From Mesorhizobium sp. 61-13 (lineage in GTDB: Bacteria; Pseudomonadota; Alphaproteobacteria; Rhizobiales; Rhizobiaceae), in contig MKRZ01000089.1 of the NCBI GenBank assembly GCA_001897075.1, positions 25,911 through 89,910 on the forward strand: a DNA stretch of 64,000 nt. Reading direction: 5' to 3'. Positions 1 to 8,834 of the stretch are shown piece by piece. The notes beneath the pieces are model-generated. The model was given only the letters and a program-made list of their open reading frames with translations. It was not told where the DNA came from and did not search any database. The stretch's first letter is position 1. Every line of letters begins with the position of its first letter. The position numbers were made by a program, and so were the translations under genes.

Positions 1-2711
1 CGCAGCCGGTACGTGGATCGCTTACCCAGAATGGTCTTGAAGGCACGGAAATAGGCCGCTGTGTTCTTCAGCTTCGCCAGACGCTTTTCGGCGGCGGCAT
101 ACTCGGCCTGCACGATGCCGTGGTTGGGCACGAACACGAACAGTTCTTCATCGACATGAAGTTCACAAGCCGAGAAATCGCCAGCTCCCTTTATGAGCGG
201 AAACAGCAGATCGGGCTCGACCCAATAGCGTTTTGCAGGGCCGATATCCGTGCGGCCCGCTTCCGGTCTGGTCTCGATCTGAACGAGGCCTTCCTTCTTA
301 TTCGTGTCCACGATGCGCACCATATAGATGCCATTGAGGTCCGCTGTGATCCCTTTCCTTCCAGCAAGCCAGTCGCTTGTGCCTTGGATTGCCGTCATCG
401 CTGAAAAGCGGCCTTTCGGCAGTATCGCCCATGGGGAGTTGCCGCCATCGACCGGATTGGCTTCAAGAGTCCTGATATCCACCCTCTTGAGAACGTCGCT
501 CTTGATGCACGTATCGGGAATAGCGGCTGCGAAACCCGACGCCTTTTCCCACACGCGATAAGGAACGGGATAAGTCGCGTGCTGCGCAGCAGGCACCTTC
601 TTCAGCCGCATGATGGCGGTTTTATTCGCGACCTTTGGGAAGGGCTTCAGCTTCTTCAGGTCGTCAATCTCGACAGGGATGAGATTCGCCTGATCGTTAA
701 TCCTGAAACTGCGGAACCCTTGCGAGGATGGCGACTGGAAATGCGTCTGCGTAATAAGGAAAACGAGCGTACCGCCCTGCCTGAGCCACTTGTCGCCGAC
801 CGTGTAGGTCAGCATGCCGGAAATATCGAGTTCGTTGCCGCCGTGATAGGGCGTTTCAGAAAAAATCGCATACTGCTCGCAGGTGGGCTTGATGCGGTCG
901 CGATACATTTCGGGAAGATTTGACCAGCGGACCCAAGGGGGATTTCCCACGACCACGTCAAACTCGCCCGCGACCGCAGACCAAAAGAAATTCCTCACGA
1001 TGCGAAACCAGATGCCGTTCCAGGACTTCTTGTGAAGTTCCAAAACCTGATCGTAGGTCTCGCTTAGAGCATCCCTCCAATCCTTTGCCTCCGCAGCGGT
1101 GATTATTTCGCGCTGAAGCAACCGCTTCTCGACAACCTTGTACGGATTTTCATCCTCGACGGCTTCGGCCATCGTTGCGAACGCTTCGTCGAGACGCTTG
1201 CGGTCATAGGCCAGCGCCCATGGCAGAACGACCCGGAGATCCGATTGCGCGCTGCCGATGCGGTATTCGACGAAGTCTTTATCTTCCTGCGGCGAATGCG
1301 CCGGTGAATAGACGGCGTCAGCCAAAAGGACCGGCAATTCGACTTCAAGCTTGGTCACGCCGACGAGATCGGCAATGGCGATGAGAAAGTTGACACGGGA
1401 CGACTGCACGGCCAGCGGGTTGAGATCAAACCCCCAGGTCGTTTCGAGGACGTTCTGGAGCACCTTCTCCGGCGGGAGCTTTGCCTTCGCGCCGATTGTC
1501 CTTTTTCTTCGGATGGTTTCGAGCAGGAAGGAACCTGAACCGCAAGTCGGGTCGAGGACGCGCGCTCTGTACCAATCGGAAACGTCTGCGCGATCACAGG
1601 CCACGTCCACCAACCAGTCCGGTGTATAGAATTCACCGAGCGCCTTTCTGAGTGTTTCCGGGACGAGCGCCTGATAGAATGCCTTCAATACGTCTTTGGA
1701 CCGCGCTGCGCTGAGATCGTCCATCCTGTAAAGCGAAAGCTGCGTCAAGAACGAGCGGATGCCCGCGCATATTGCCGCTCGGCCCCCAGCTGACAGCGAG
1801 ATGTCGGCATACCAGGAAAAGACGGCTTCCTCGACGAAGCCCTTGATGCGGGCGGCCTCGAAATAGGCGCTCCGCTCGACCTCCACATCAAGCTTTTGCA
1901 GAAGGTCGTCATCTTCGTATCCGAGCAAATGCTCGCAAAAGTCGGGATGCGCCGTGAGACCGTATTCCGCCACGATCTCGGCCGCCAGCATCTTCATGAC
2001 AAAGGCGTTGTAGGTGTGGATCACAAAAAGCAGCGCGGCAACGGCGTCCGCCTGGGGAAGTGCAATCGTTAGCGGTATCTGCCGCTTGATTTCCGCAGCT
2101 TGCGCAGCGGACAGGTCCGCCACTTGTCCGAACAGGGTGCGCCATTCCTCGAACAGCATTTTCACCTTGCTGTTGCCGCTGCTTTTTAGCTGCCGTTCGA
2201 GTTCCGCCGCCAGGCTGCCCATCATCAGCCGTCCGATTTCTGAACCATGTCCGAAATCCTCGACCAGATTTTCGGCAGTCACAGCACGGCGTTTAGAATC
2301 GGCGCAGGCCTGCGCGACAAGGCTTATCGACGCCTCGTTGAACGGCAGAAGATTTCTGTGGGCGATGACGCCGTCCTTGTAAAAGGCAAAGCTAATATGA
2401 TCGCCGTCGGTCGCAATTCCGATATAATCCTCCAGTGGAATTCCCTCCAAGGATGATCTGGCCTTTATATATTTCGCGAGTCTGTCGAAAATTGCTTCCT
2501 TGAAAGCAGGGCTTTTAATGCTCCCCTTGAAGAGTCCTTTATCCTTAAACTCAATAATGACCTGATTATATGAGGCGTCGTTGCGGCCGCGCTCAGCGTG
2601 AAATGTAATGCCGAGATCGTTTTCGATATGCTTCAGCCAGCTTTTCCGCACTTCTTCTTCGTTGGCCCAGTGCGGCCTGGCTTTGGCCAGATCGGTATAC
2701 AGCGACGACAT
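1..2711 (-). CDS. Type IIG/IIL-like restriction-modification enzyme (N-terminal PD-(D/E)xK-like motif plus gamma-class N6-adenine DNA methyltransferase). The C-terminus runs off the window.
   Basis: Not in the ORF track because it is open-ended. My reverse-strand translation from the ATG (complement of 2709-2711) is stop-free to position 1: MSSLYTDLAKARPHWANEEEV... Motifs: D-x8-E-x-K (NDASYNQVIIEFKDKG), GEFYTPDWLVD, motif I VLDPTCGSGSFL, motif IV VVGNPPWVRW. Confidence 0.8.
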   Translation of the reverse strand, partial: MSSLYTDLAKARPHWANEEEVRKSWLKHIENDLGITFHAERGRNDASYNQVIIEFKDKGLFKGSIKSPAFKEAIFDRLAKYIKARSSLEGIPLEDYIGIATDGDHISFAFYKDGVIAHRNLLPFNEASISLVAQACADSKRRAVTAENLVEDFGHGSEIGRLMMGSLAAELERQLKSSGNSKVKMLFEEWRTLFGQVADLSAAQAAEIKRQIPLTIALPQADAVAALLFVIHTYNAFVMKMLAAEIVAEYGLTAHPDFCEHLLGYEDDDLLQKLDVEVERSAYFEAARIKGFVEEAVFSWYADISLSAGGRAAICAGIRSFLTQLSLYRMDDLSAARSKDVLKAFYQALVPETLRKALGEFYTPDWLVDVACDRADVSDWYRARVLDPTCGSGSFLLETIRRKRTIGAKAKLPPEKVLQNVLETTWGFDLNPLAVQSSRVNFLIAIADLVGVTKLEVELPVLLADAVYSPAHSPQEDKDFVEYRIGSAQSDLRVVLPWALAYDRKRLDEAFATMAEAVEDENPYKVVEKRLLQREIITAAEAKDWRDALSETYDQVLELHKKSWNGIWFRIVRNFFWSAVAGEFDVVVGNPPWVRWSNLPEMYRDRIKPTCEQYAIFSETPYHGGNELDISGMLTYTVGDKWLRQGGTLVFLITQTHFQSPSSQGFRSFRINDQANLIPVEIDDLKKLKPFPKVANKTAIMRLKKVPAAQHATYPVPYRVWEKASGFAAAIPDTCIKSDVLKRVDIRTLEANPVDGGNSPWAILPKGRFSAMTAIQGTSDWLAGRKGITADLNGIYMVRIVDTNKKEGLVQIETRPEAGRTDIGPAKRYWVEPDLLFPLIKGAGDFSACELHVDEELFVFVPNHGIVQAEYAAAEKRLAKLKNTAAYFRAFKTILGKRSTYRL

Positions 2712-2778
2712 CAATCCCCCCGTGCGTCATTTATGATTTGGCCATCGGAGATCCCCCCGCTGTGGCCTTCTGTTGCCC

Positions 2779-3096
2779 TCATTTGCGCAGCCCCGCTGCG
2801 CCTGAACTCAGCCTGTCCGTGCGAACGGGAAGACGAGCGATATCCTTTCCGGCTTTCTCATTCGCTACACGGATATCGTAGGCAATCTGGAGATTGAGCC
2901 AGAATTCCGCGCTGTTGCCGAACCAATGACCTAACCGAAGAGCCGTATCACCCGTGATGCCGCGATGACCGTGAATAATCTGCGTAATGCGGTTGGGTGG
3001 GACGTCAATGAGGCGTGCCAGCTCCGTGGGCGTAACGCCAAGCTGTTCTAGTTCGTCGGCAAGAATCTTGCCGGGATGGACGGCGCGTCGGATCAC
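2779..3096 (-). CDS. higA: HigA-family antitoxin (XRE-type HTH)
   Basis: HPGKILADELEQLGVTPTELARLIDVPPNRITQIIHGHRGITGDTALRLGHWFGNSAEFWLNLQ is the HigA/VapI-type signature. GTG start. Confidence 0.85.
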   Translation of the reverse strand: MIRRAVHPGKILADELEQLGVTPTELARLIDVPPNRITQIIHGHRGITGDTALRLGHWFGNSAEFWLNLQIAYDIRVANEKAGKDIARLPVRTDRLSSGAAGLRK

Positions 3097-3129
3097 TGTT
3101 ACCCCCGAATCGACATCCCCATGATTGCT

Positions 3130-3405
3130 CTATTGACGATTTACGTCAAGCGTAATGCACCTGTGAATGCAATAGGTAAATTGCCAGCAGGAGACCGGTA
3201 TCCGCCATGGCGGATGCCGAAATTTTCTGCCCGCGCACCGCGACCGCCGCACGGTCGCGGCCGGGCGGCCAATTTTATTTTGCTTGCCGCCGACCTGACC
3301 GGCGCGCGACACTGCAACGGCTAGTCTAATCCTCTGGCAAGCGCCGCCCCTGCTCCCGCATGGGCGGAGCTTATGTTTATGCCGCCTCGTCCTGCTGCCC
3401 GGCAT
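3130..3405 (-). pseudogene. Possible degenerate higB-like toxin frame
   Basis: A 91-codon frame lies directly upstream of higA, which is HigB-like in length and position. C-terminal WRIPVSCWQFTYCIH..ITLDV loosely follows the HigB pattern WSIxVxxxWRIxFxF..DYH. However, it lacks the terminal DYH, is Arg/Cys-rich, carries a perfect 9-bp-stem hairpin (3238-3260), and overlaps the ardC 3' end. Confidence 0.25.
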
Positions 3406-4294
3406 CGCCAGCGGGCTGCCGGCCGGCGAGGTAATCGGCGGCCCGCTGCGCATGGGCAGCGGCGACAAATATGGCCCGCTTGTCGTCCTTCAGGGCTTTG
3501 AGCCATGACGCGATATAGCTGGCGTGTTCCGCGCGCGGCTGCGGCGTCAAGGAAAGGTCAGCGCAAACGAAAGCCGCGCCCAGCTCGGCGACAAGTTCTT
3601 CCATCGCATAGCCTTCATCGCCCCACCGCTTGCGCCCGAAATCACGGTCAAGGCGCTTGGGGTGTTTCGTCCAGTGGCAAAGCTCATGGGCCAGTGTGGC
3701 GTAGTAGGCTTCCGGCTCCTTGAAGGCCACAAAGGGCGGCATCTGCACGCGGTCCTCTGCCATGCTGTAGAACGCCTGATTGCCTCCCTCCCTGATGTCG
3801 GCTCCGACGAATGCAAAGAATGTCTCCACGCGCGAGATGCGCGCTTCCGGCTCAAGGGCCGGTTCCTGCACGGCGTAGAAGTGCGCTGGCAATCCGTCCA
3901 CCTGCTCGGCATTGAAGACGGTGTATCCCTTCATGAAGGGGATTTCCCGTTCCATGTCCGCGCCGGTCGCCTCGTCCTGCTCGGTTCTCTTGATGGTGTT
4001 GGCGTAGACGACAAGACTGCCCTTCTCGCCTTTGCGCACCTGCGCGCCAAGCTCCTGCGCCTGCTTGTAGGTTAGCCAGAGCGGAGCCGTATAACCGCGC
4101 TCGGTCGCTGCGGCCCAAAGCATCAAAACATTGATGCCGCGATACGGGATGCCGTTGGCACGCAAGGGCCGGGTGATACGCCCTGCCGCATGGTCTGCAT
4201 TCCAAGGTTTCAGCCACGGGCGAACGCCCTTTTCCAACTCCGCTATGATGCTGTCGGTTACACGCTGATAGATGTCTTTCCGTTCCTCACTCAT
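3377..4294 (-). CDS. ardC: ArdC-family antirestriction protein (N-terminal ssDNA-binding domain plus HExxH metalloprotease)
   Basis: MSEERKDIYQRVTDSIIAELEKGVRPWLKPW..., YRGINVLMLW and HELCHWTKH motifs. RBS aaggaagg lies before the ATG at 4294; the ORF-track start at 4330 is probably too long. Confidence 0.9.
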   Translation of the reverse strand: MSEERKDIYQRVTDSIIAELEKGVRPWLKPWNADHAAGRITRPLRANGIPYRGINVLMLWAAATERGYTAPLWLTYKQAQELGAQVRKGEKGSLVVYANTIKRTEQDEATGADMEREIPFMKGYTVFNAEQVDGLPAHFYAVQEPALEPEARISRVETFFAFVGADIREGGNQAFYSMAEDRVQMPPFVAFKEPEAYYATLAHELCHWTKHPKRLDRDFGRKRWGDEGYAMEELVAELGAAFVCADLSLTPQPRAEHASYIASWLKALKDDKRAIFVAAAHAQRAADYLAGRQPAGDAGQQDEAA

Positions 4295-4942
4295 GGCCTT
4301 CCTTCCTTGGTTAGCTGGTTGCGCATGCAACCGGACTAGCCACGCGGCGATGAGCGGGGGGTTCGGCGGTCAGGGCCGCCGCCGGGGACAGGGGTATCTC
4401 CCAGCTTGGCAGGGCGCGAGCGACCGAAAGTTGGGGAACGCCCCGGCGGCGTCCGTAGTGAAACGAAGAATGAAAGCCTTGACGGCCGTGGGGCCGCAGG
4501 CCCTCTTTCTCGTCTAGGGATGCGGGCAGCGCCCGCCGATCAGAGCGCCGGCAATGCCGGCTCCGCTGTTCTCAATGCGCGAAGGATGGAAACCGGCTGG
4601 CGGAGACGCTGCGCGGCTCCGGGCGAAGCCTGACAGCCTGGTCCGCTAGGCGGACGCGCCCATTCCTGAAACTGCACTATCTGTTTCTGCAATCATCAGA
4701 GCCGATTCAGGATTTCTCCGAACCGACGTTATGCAATCCGGGCCTGACTGCCAATCCAGACTGTGAATCTGCATCGGTCTGTCCTTGAAACGCGCAAGCG
4801 CAAATTCCCGTATCCCCTGCCTTCACTTCGTTGCAGGCGGGCGATTCCCCTCGGTTTTTGCGCCTGCGCGCCGTCCATCCCGAAGCGACAGGGCATTCAC
4901 AAGGCTGGCGATCAAGCCGGCCGCAAAACAAGGAAGAAAATC

Positions 4943-5125
4943 ATGAACCGCTTACTGACCATCGCTGAACTGCAACATCGCAGCCAATCGGAATTGCGCG
5001 CCCTGTTCCGGCAGGCCTCACAGGCTTTGGCCCGCACCGCGACCGGCACGCCGGAGCGCCGGGCCGGGCTCGCCACACTGGAGAACATCTCGCGCGCGAT
5101 GACCATGGGGGCGCCGGGCTTTTAG
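4943..5125 (+). CDS. Small hypothetical protein (60 aa)
   Basis: ATG at 4943 preceded by aaggaag. MNRLLTIAELQHRSQSELRALFRQASQALART... The first half of the longer track ORF (4763) looks non-coding. Confidence 0.5.
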   Translation: MNRLLTIAELQHRSQSELRALFRQASQALARTATGTPERRAGLATLENISRAMTMGAPGF

Positions 5126-5141
5126 CCCGGTGCTTTCCCGC

Positions 5142-5837
5142 TCAGGGCCTGTCGGCTTCGGCCGCCAGGTCCCGGCGCAGGGCCTCGGCGGCGCGGGCGC
5201 AATCCACCCACGCCATCTGCCAGTCGAGCAGCAGGTCCTTGTTCATGCTGGTCAGCGCCATCAGAATAGTGCTTCGTGCCAGCTTGCGGTCCCCGTGCGC
5301 GAGCGCATCGAGCGCCGTTTCGATCATGCCGCGCCACTCGCGCCCTGCTTGCAGGACGGGACCGCCGAAGAATTTATAAGTGCTGATGGCATCCCGAAGA
5401 TAACGTCCAGCCTCGCCGGCTCTCGGACATTCTTTCCGGAACGCGCGGGCCGACCGCTCCGACATATTGCGGGTGCGCGGGCTTATTTCTCCGCCGCCTT
5501 CATTGCTGTCGTCGCGCACCTCCGCGATGCGCCCAATGCCGAGATACTCTTCGACAGCATCGAATGGCGTCTCGGACCGCAGGTAAATGAAGGAGTCGGT
5601 GATGTTTCCGCTATCATCGAACACATAGGCCAGCGCCTTGTCGGTCAACACGCGGGCGCGATGAAGGCCGTCCAGATAAAGGTCGATCTCCTGCACGGAG
5701 TCGATCCAACAGTTCACCGGCGGATGTTCCGCACGGTATGCCTGCCGGGCGATCTTGGCCGCTGCGATGTAAAGCGGATTGTCCTGTGGCCGTCCGGTCC
5801 ATTCGGTGTCGTTGTCGTCGTCCGTGATCCCAGTCAT
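5142..5837 (-). CDS. Hypothetical protein (231 aa)
   Basis: Long ORF with protein-like composition, same strand as the flanking parA/ardC genes. No motif I can name. Confidence 0.6.
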   Translation of the reverse strand: MTGITDDDNDTEWTGRPQDNPLYIAAAKIARQAYRAEHPPVNCWIDSVQEIDLYLDGLHRARVLTDKALAYVFDDSGNITDSFIYLRSETPFDAVEEYLGIGRIAEVRDDSNEGGGEISPRTRNMSERSARAFRKECPRAGEAGRYLRDAISTYKFFGGPVLQAGREWRGMIETALDALAHGDRKLARSTILMALTSMNKDLLLDWQMAWVDCARAAEALRRDLAAEADRP

Positions 5838-5898
5838 ATCCTTCTCCCACCGCCGATCCTGCCTTTCCTCGCTTCAGATTTCCACACCGCTTTAGTGA

Positions 5899-6300
5899 TC
5901 ACTGCGGAAGATGCCTGTCTTCGGCAACTATGCCGCCGGGATACTCCCGTTCGAGAAGCGCGACAGCCTTCTCAAGCGTTTCGCCCAGGCCCCAGCCCTG
6001 CTGGTCGGCAATCGCGCAGAACGAGGCAACAGTTTCAGGCGTGGCTTTCAGGTTCAGTTGCATATTGCGGCCGGTGCGACGGCCGCGCGGCGGACTGAGC
6101 TTCGGGGTCTTCGATGGTGCAGGCCGCTCCCCCGCAGCCTGCGGCTCACGGCTACGGAACCCGGCGGCTGCGGCAGCCTTCGTTGTTGCGGCCTTCGGCG
6201 GTTTGTCGTTGGCCTGCGCGTCTGCGCGCGGCAACCATTCAGCCGGGTCGAAGTCGTCAAGCGTATCGGTGAAACCAAGGTCGGCGCGCTGCTTGTCCAT
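5899..6300 (-). CDS. Putative ribbon-helix-helix partition/DNA-binding protein downstream of parA
   Basis: The start codon (MDKQRADLGF) lies 1 nt after the parA stop. C-terminal QLNLKATPETVASFCAIADQQGWGLGETLEKAVALL has an RHH-like strand-helix-helix pattern. Confidence 0.6.
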   Translation of the reverse strand: MDKQRADLGFTDTLDDFDPAEWLPRADAQANDKPPKAATTKAAAAAGFRSREPQAAGERPAPSKTPKLSPPRGRRTGRNMQLNLKATPETVASFCAIADQQGWGLGETLEKAVALLEREYPGGIVAEDRHLPQ

Positions 6301-6301
6301 G

Positions 6302-6994
6302 TCAGGCCACCTTGGGCGCTGCGGCCGCGCTCTTAAGCCTGCCGATGACCTCGCCGGCAAATGCGCGGGCGTTCTCCCGAGCCTTTTCGACGTTGCTGAC
6401 CTGGTCCGGCGTCAGATCTGACAGCAAGCCGCCATAGTCGAAGATGTCGCGATAAGCGGCCCGCTCGACTATAGAGGTTGTCAGCACGTCGATGCCTGCC
6501 TTGTCCAACTGGTCGCGCACGTTGCGCAGTGCCCGTGATGCGACGGCGGCGCTGGTGCGCGTGAGCAGGACGCTATGCGCAATGGTCCGTCGCGCCATGC
6601 GCTCCTGATTGCGGATGAGCTTGATGGTCTTGGCCGCACCTTTTGCGTCCATCGACGCGCCCTGCGTGGGAATGAGGACGAGGTCAGACATGCCGATGGC
6701 GTTCGCCACCATAAGGCTGGCAGTGCCCTCAAGGTCGACAATGACGAATTGCGCCTTCTTCGCGGCGCTCTCGATGTGGTCGACGATGGTGTCTTCGCTT
6801 ACGTCCGCGATGATGTCGATGGTGGCCGGCTTGCCGGGAAGTTTCGCCCACTGGGAGATCCAGCGCTCGGGGTCGGCATCGATGATGGTGACGCGCGCGC
6901 CTTTGGCGGCAAGTTCTCCGGCAAGAAGCAAGGCTGAGGTTGTCTTTCCGGCTCCCCCTTTGGGATTGGCGAAAGAAATAATGGGCATGAACAC
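6302..6994 (-). CDS. parA: ParA-family partition ATPase
   Basis: Deviant Walker A: IISFANPKGGAGKTTSALLLA. ParA/Soj-like length. The start may be the MPII codon at 6988. Confidence 0.9.
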   Translation of the reverse strand: MFMPIISFANPKGGAGKTTSALLLAGELAAKGARVTIIDADPERWISQWAKLPGKPATIDIIADVSEDTIVDHIESAAKKAQFVIVDLEGTASLMVANAIGMSDLVLIPTQGASMDAKGAAKTIKLIRNQERMARRTIAHSVLLTRTSAAVASRALRNVRDQLDKAGIDVLTTSIVERAAYRDIFDYGGLLSDLTPDQVSNVEKARENARAFAGEVIGRLKSAAAAPKVA

Positions 6995-7066
6995 TCACAA
7001 CGGTAATTATTAATGGAATATCATCAATCAAAAGTACCGGAATTTCAGTGCGCAGCGAAATACATT

Positions 7067-7160
7067 CGATAGCTATCCGGATGTTATCCGGAATCTAATC
7101 GATAGCGTGCTATCGGATAGCCAACAGATAGCTATGCGTTGGCTATCTGGTCGCTATCCA
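7067..7160. repeat. Array of GATAGC/GCTATC palindromes upstream of parA (parS/operator candidate)
   Basis: cGATAGCTATCcgg, cGATAGCgtGCTATCg-GATAGCc, aGATAGCtatgcgttgGCTATCt and tcGCTATCc. At least four inverted copies of the same hexamer lie within about 95 bp of an AT-richer intergenic region. Confidence 0.6.
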
Positions 7161-7390
7161 GTGCAAGCCAAAGGCAGATAACACTATGGCAAACGCCAGC
7201 GCGCGAAGTCGTCCTGCGATTCGTCTGTGAAAGATGCGACGTCGCGCACGCCGGGCGTCCTGCACGCCGCGCAAATCCTTGGTTCCCAGAACTGACTTGC
7301 TATAGCGGCGCACATTGCGGACAATTCACGAAACCCGTTCGGGTCTTTCGTAATTCTTTTTGAATACAAATGAGGATTTAGTGACGTAAT

Positions 7391-7448
7391 AAAAAGAAAA
7401 CCCGCCGAAGCGGGTCGCATTAAAATCAAAGATGTTCGTGATCTCAGC
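7391..7448 (-). ncRNA. Candidate small RNA (about 58 nt) upstream of, and opposite to, the rep-like gene
   Basis: On the minus strand: TTGCGA (7483-7478), a 17-nt spacer, GATATT (7460-7455). About 40 nt downstream is the hairpin acccgc-TTCG-gcgggt followed by tttcttttt (7416-7391). No plausible ORF lies between promoter and terminator. Confidence 0.4.
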
Positions 7449-7555
7449 AATCCGAATATCTCAAACTCCGAATAACATCGCAAGCACTTTCTGCGATGCT
7501 TTCGTGCGCCCTCACGTTTCTGCGGGTTTTCTCCATCGCATAGAGGAGGAAACCA

Positions 7556-8257
7556 GTGACTATGCAAAATGATCCGCAAGCCGCCTTCATCAAATCGGCG
7601 CGCAAGCTACAGAATCGAATCGTGACGCCGGGAACCGATCCGCGACCGATGAATGTCCCAGCCGCCGATCCTACGCGGCGCAAGCGTTCGCTCAATACCT
7701 GCCATCGCTATGCGCAGTCAGAGCGACCGCGCAGTGTCGCGCCGCACACCAGCTGGGCCTATGTGCCGGAACTGGCGGCGCGCATTGAGGACGATCCGAA
7801 CCTCACCGATGGCGCGCGGCGCTGCGCGCGCAAGCTCGCCGAGCTGACCTATCGTCGGAACAGGGAAGGCCGGTTGCTGCCGGTGACAGTCACATACCTC
7901 GCAAGGGCGCTCGGCCGTTGCCGGCGTACCGTACAACGCTATCTCCGCCAGCTGGAGCGGGAAGGGTATGTCGCGGTCGATGTCGTCGTTTCGCAGCGGG
8001 CGAGGATGTGCGTCGGCCTCGTAGTGCGGCTCCTTCAGCCGCTGCTTGCTGCGCATCACCGCGAACGGTGGCCCGGAAGCTCTGCAAAGCCAGGGGCGAC
8101 ACCGGAGTCACTGAACAAGAGATTCAAAGGTTATATTCAGGCGGAAGGTTATCGAACCGGCGTCGAGCAATGGGCGCTGCGCTGCATGGATGGGGTTTTC
8201 CGCAGCTATATGAAAACAGCCCCGCTCGCCGCGCTGCCGTCCATCGCTGCCACGTAA
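7556..8257 (+). CDS. Winged-HTH protein, replication-initiator-like, divergent from parA
   Basis: RBS gaggagga before GTG 7556 / ATG 7562. DGARRCARKLAELTY...VTYLARALGRCRRTVQRYLRQLEREGYV is wHTH-like. The position next to parA is typical for a rep/regulator gene. Confidence 0.6.
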   Translation: MTMQNDPQAAFIKSARKLQNRIVTPGTDPRPMNVPAADPTRRKRSLNTCHRYAQSERPRSVAPHTSWAYVPELAARIEDDPNLTDGARRCARKLAELTYRRNREGRLLPVTVTYLARALGRCRRTVQRYLRQLEREGYVAVDVVVSQRARMCVGLVVRLLQPLLAAHHRERWPGSSAKPGATPESLNKRFKGYIQAEGYRTGVEQWALRCMDGVFRSYMKTAPLAALPSIAAT

Positions 8258-8399
8258 TAATCTTGCGCCGATGCCAATGCCGATTCCGGCCCGGTAGCGG
8301 GGCGGAGAATGCGCTATTGCCTTCAGGGGGTGGTTCGGGCCCGGTCAGCGCCGGAACGCATCCTGACGCAAACTCGGCGAAATCAGGGGCTTTCCCGTA

Positions 8400-8834
8400 T
8401 CAGGACCACAAACGCGAGAGCCATGACCAGAATCCGTTCTTCGGTCTGCTGGGCGGCACTGAGTCAGCGGGCTTGGCAGCCTGCTTCGACTCGTCGAAAT
8501 AACGCGCCTTGGCGCGGCGGTCGTGGGCGCGGACGCTATCGATCTGGTCCTGCGTCATGTCGCCCGCCCAACGGGCCTTGCCCTTGTCGATCCAGTAGTG
8601 GGAACGGCAGGGGAAACTCCAGTTTCCGATTGAGGGATGAAGAGATACGGCTACGCCGTCATAGGTCAATTTCCAGTCGGTGGGGCTAAGCGGCGTTACG
8701 ACTTCTAGGCCGCAGCCGCAGCAGCATTTGTGCGCGACCGTGGCGTATTCCATCGATACGTAAAGGGTATTCTCGGCGAGTCTGTCGGGGATGCTCGCGA
8801 CAAATTCCGTGTCGAGGACGATGGGCTGTTTCAT
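8400..8834 (-). CDS. DUF6527-like Cys-rich protein (last gene of the ubiquitin-like operon)
   Basis: MKQPIVLDTEF...VAHKCCCGCGLEVVTPLSPTDWKL...SIGNWSFPCRSHYWI. The start ATG overlaps the E1 stop (ATGA at 8831-8834). Confidence 0.7.
   Translation of the reverse strand: MKQPIVLDTEFVASIPDRLAENTLYVSMEYATVAHKCCCGCGLEVVTPLSPTDWKLTYDGVAVSLHPSIGNWSFPCRSHYWIDKGKARWAGDMTQDQIDSVRAHDRRAKARYFDESKQAAKPADSVPPSRPKNGFWSWLSRLWS

Noticed and set aside
3238-3275. Hairpin ccgcgaccg-ccgca-cggtcgcgg followed by aattttattttg, considered as a plus-strand intrinsic terminator
   Set aside because: No plus-strand gene lies upstream for it to terminate. On the minus strand, downstream of ardC, it lacks a U-tract. It is kept only as a note within the higB-like pseudogene.
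5130-6098. 322-aa plus-strand ORF
   Set aside because: It spans two well-supported minus-strand genes (5142-5837 and 5899-6300) and has no motifs. This is a shadow frame.
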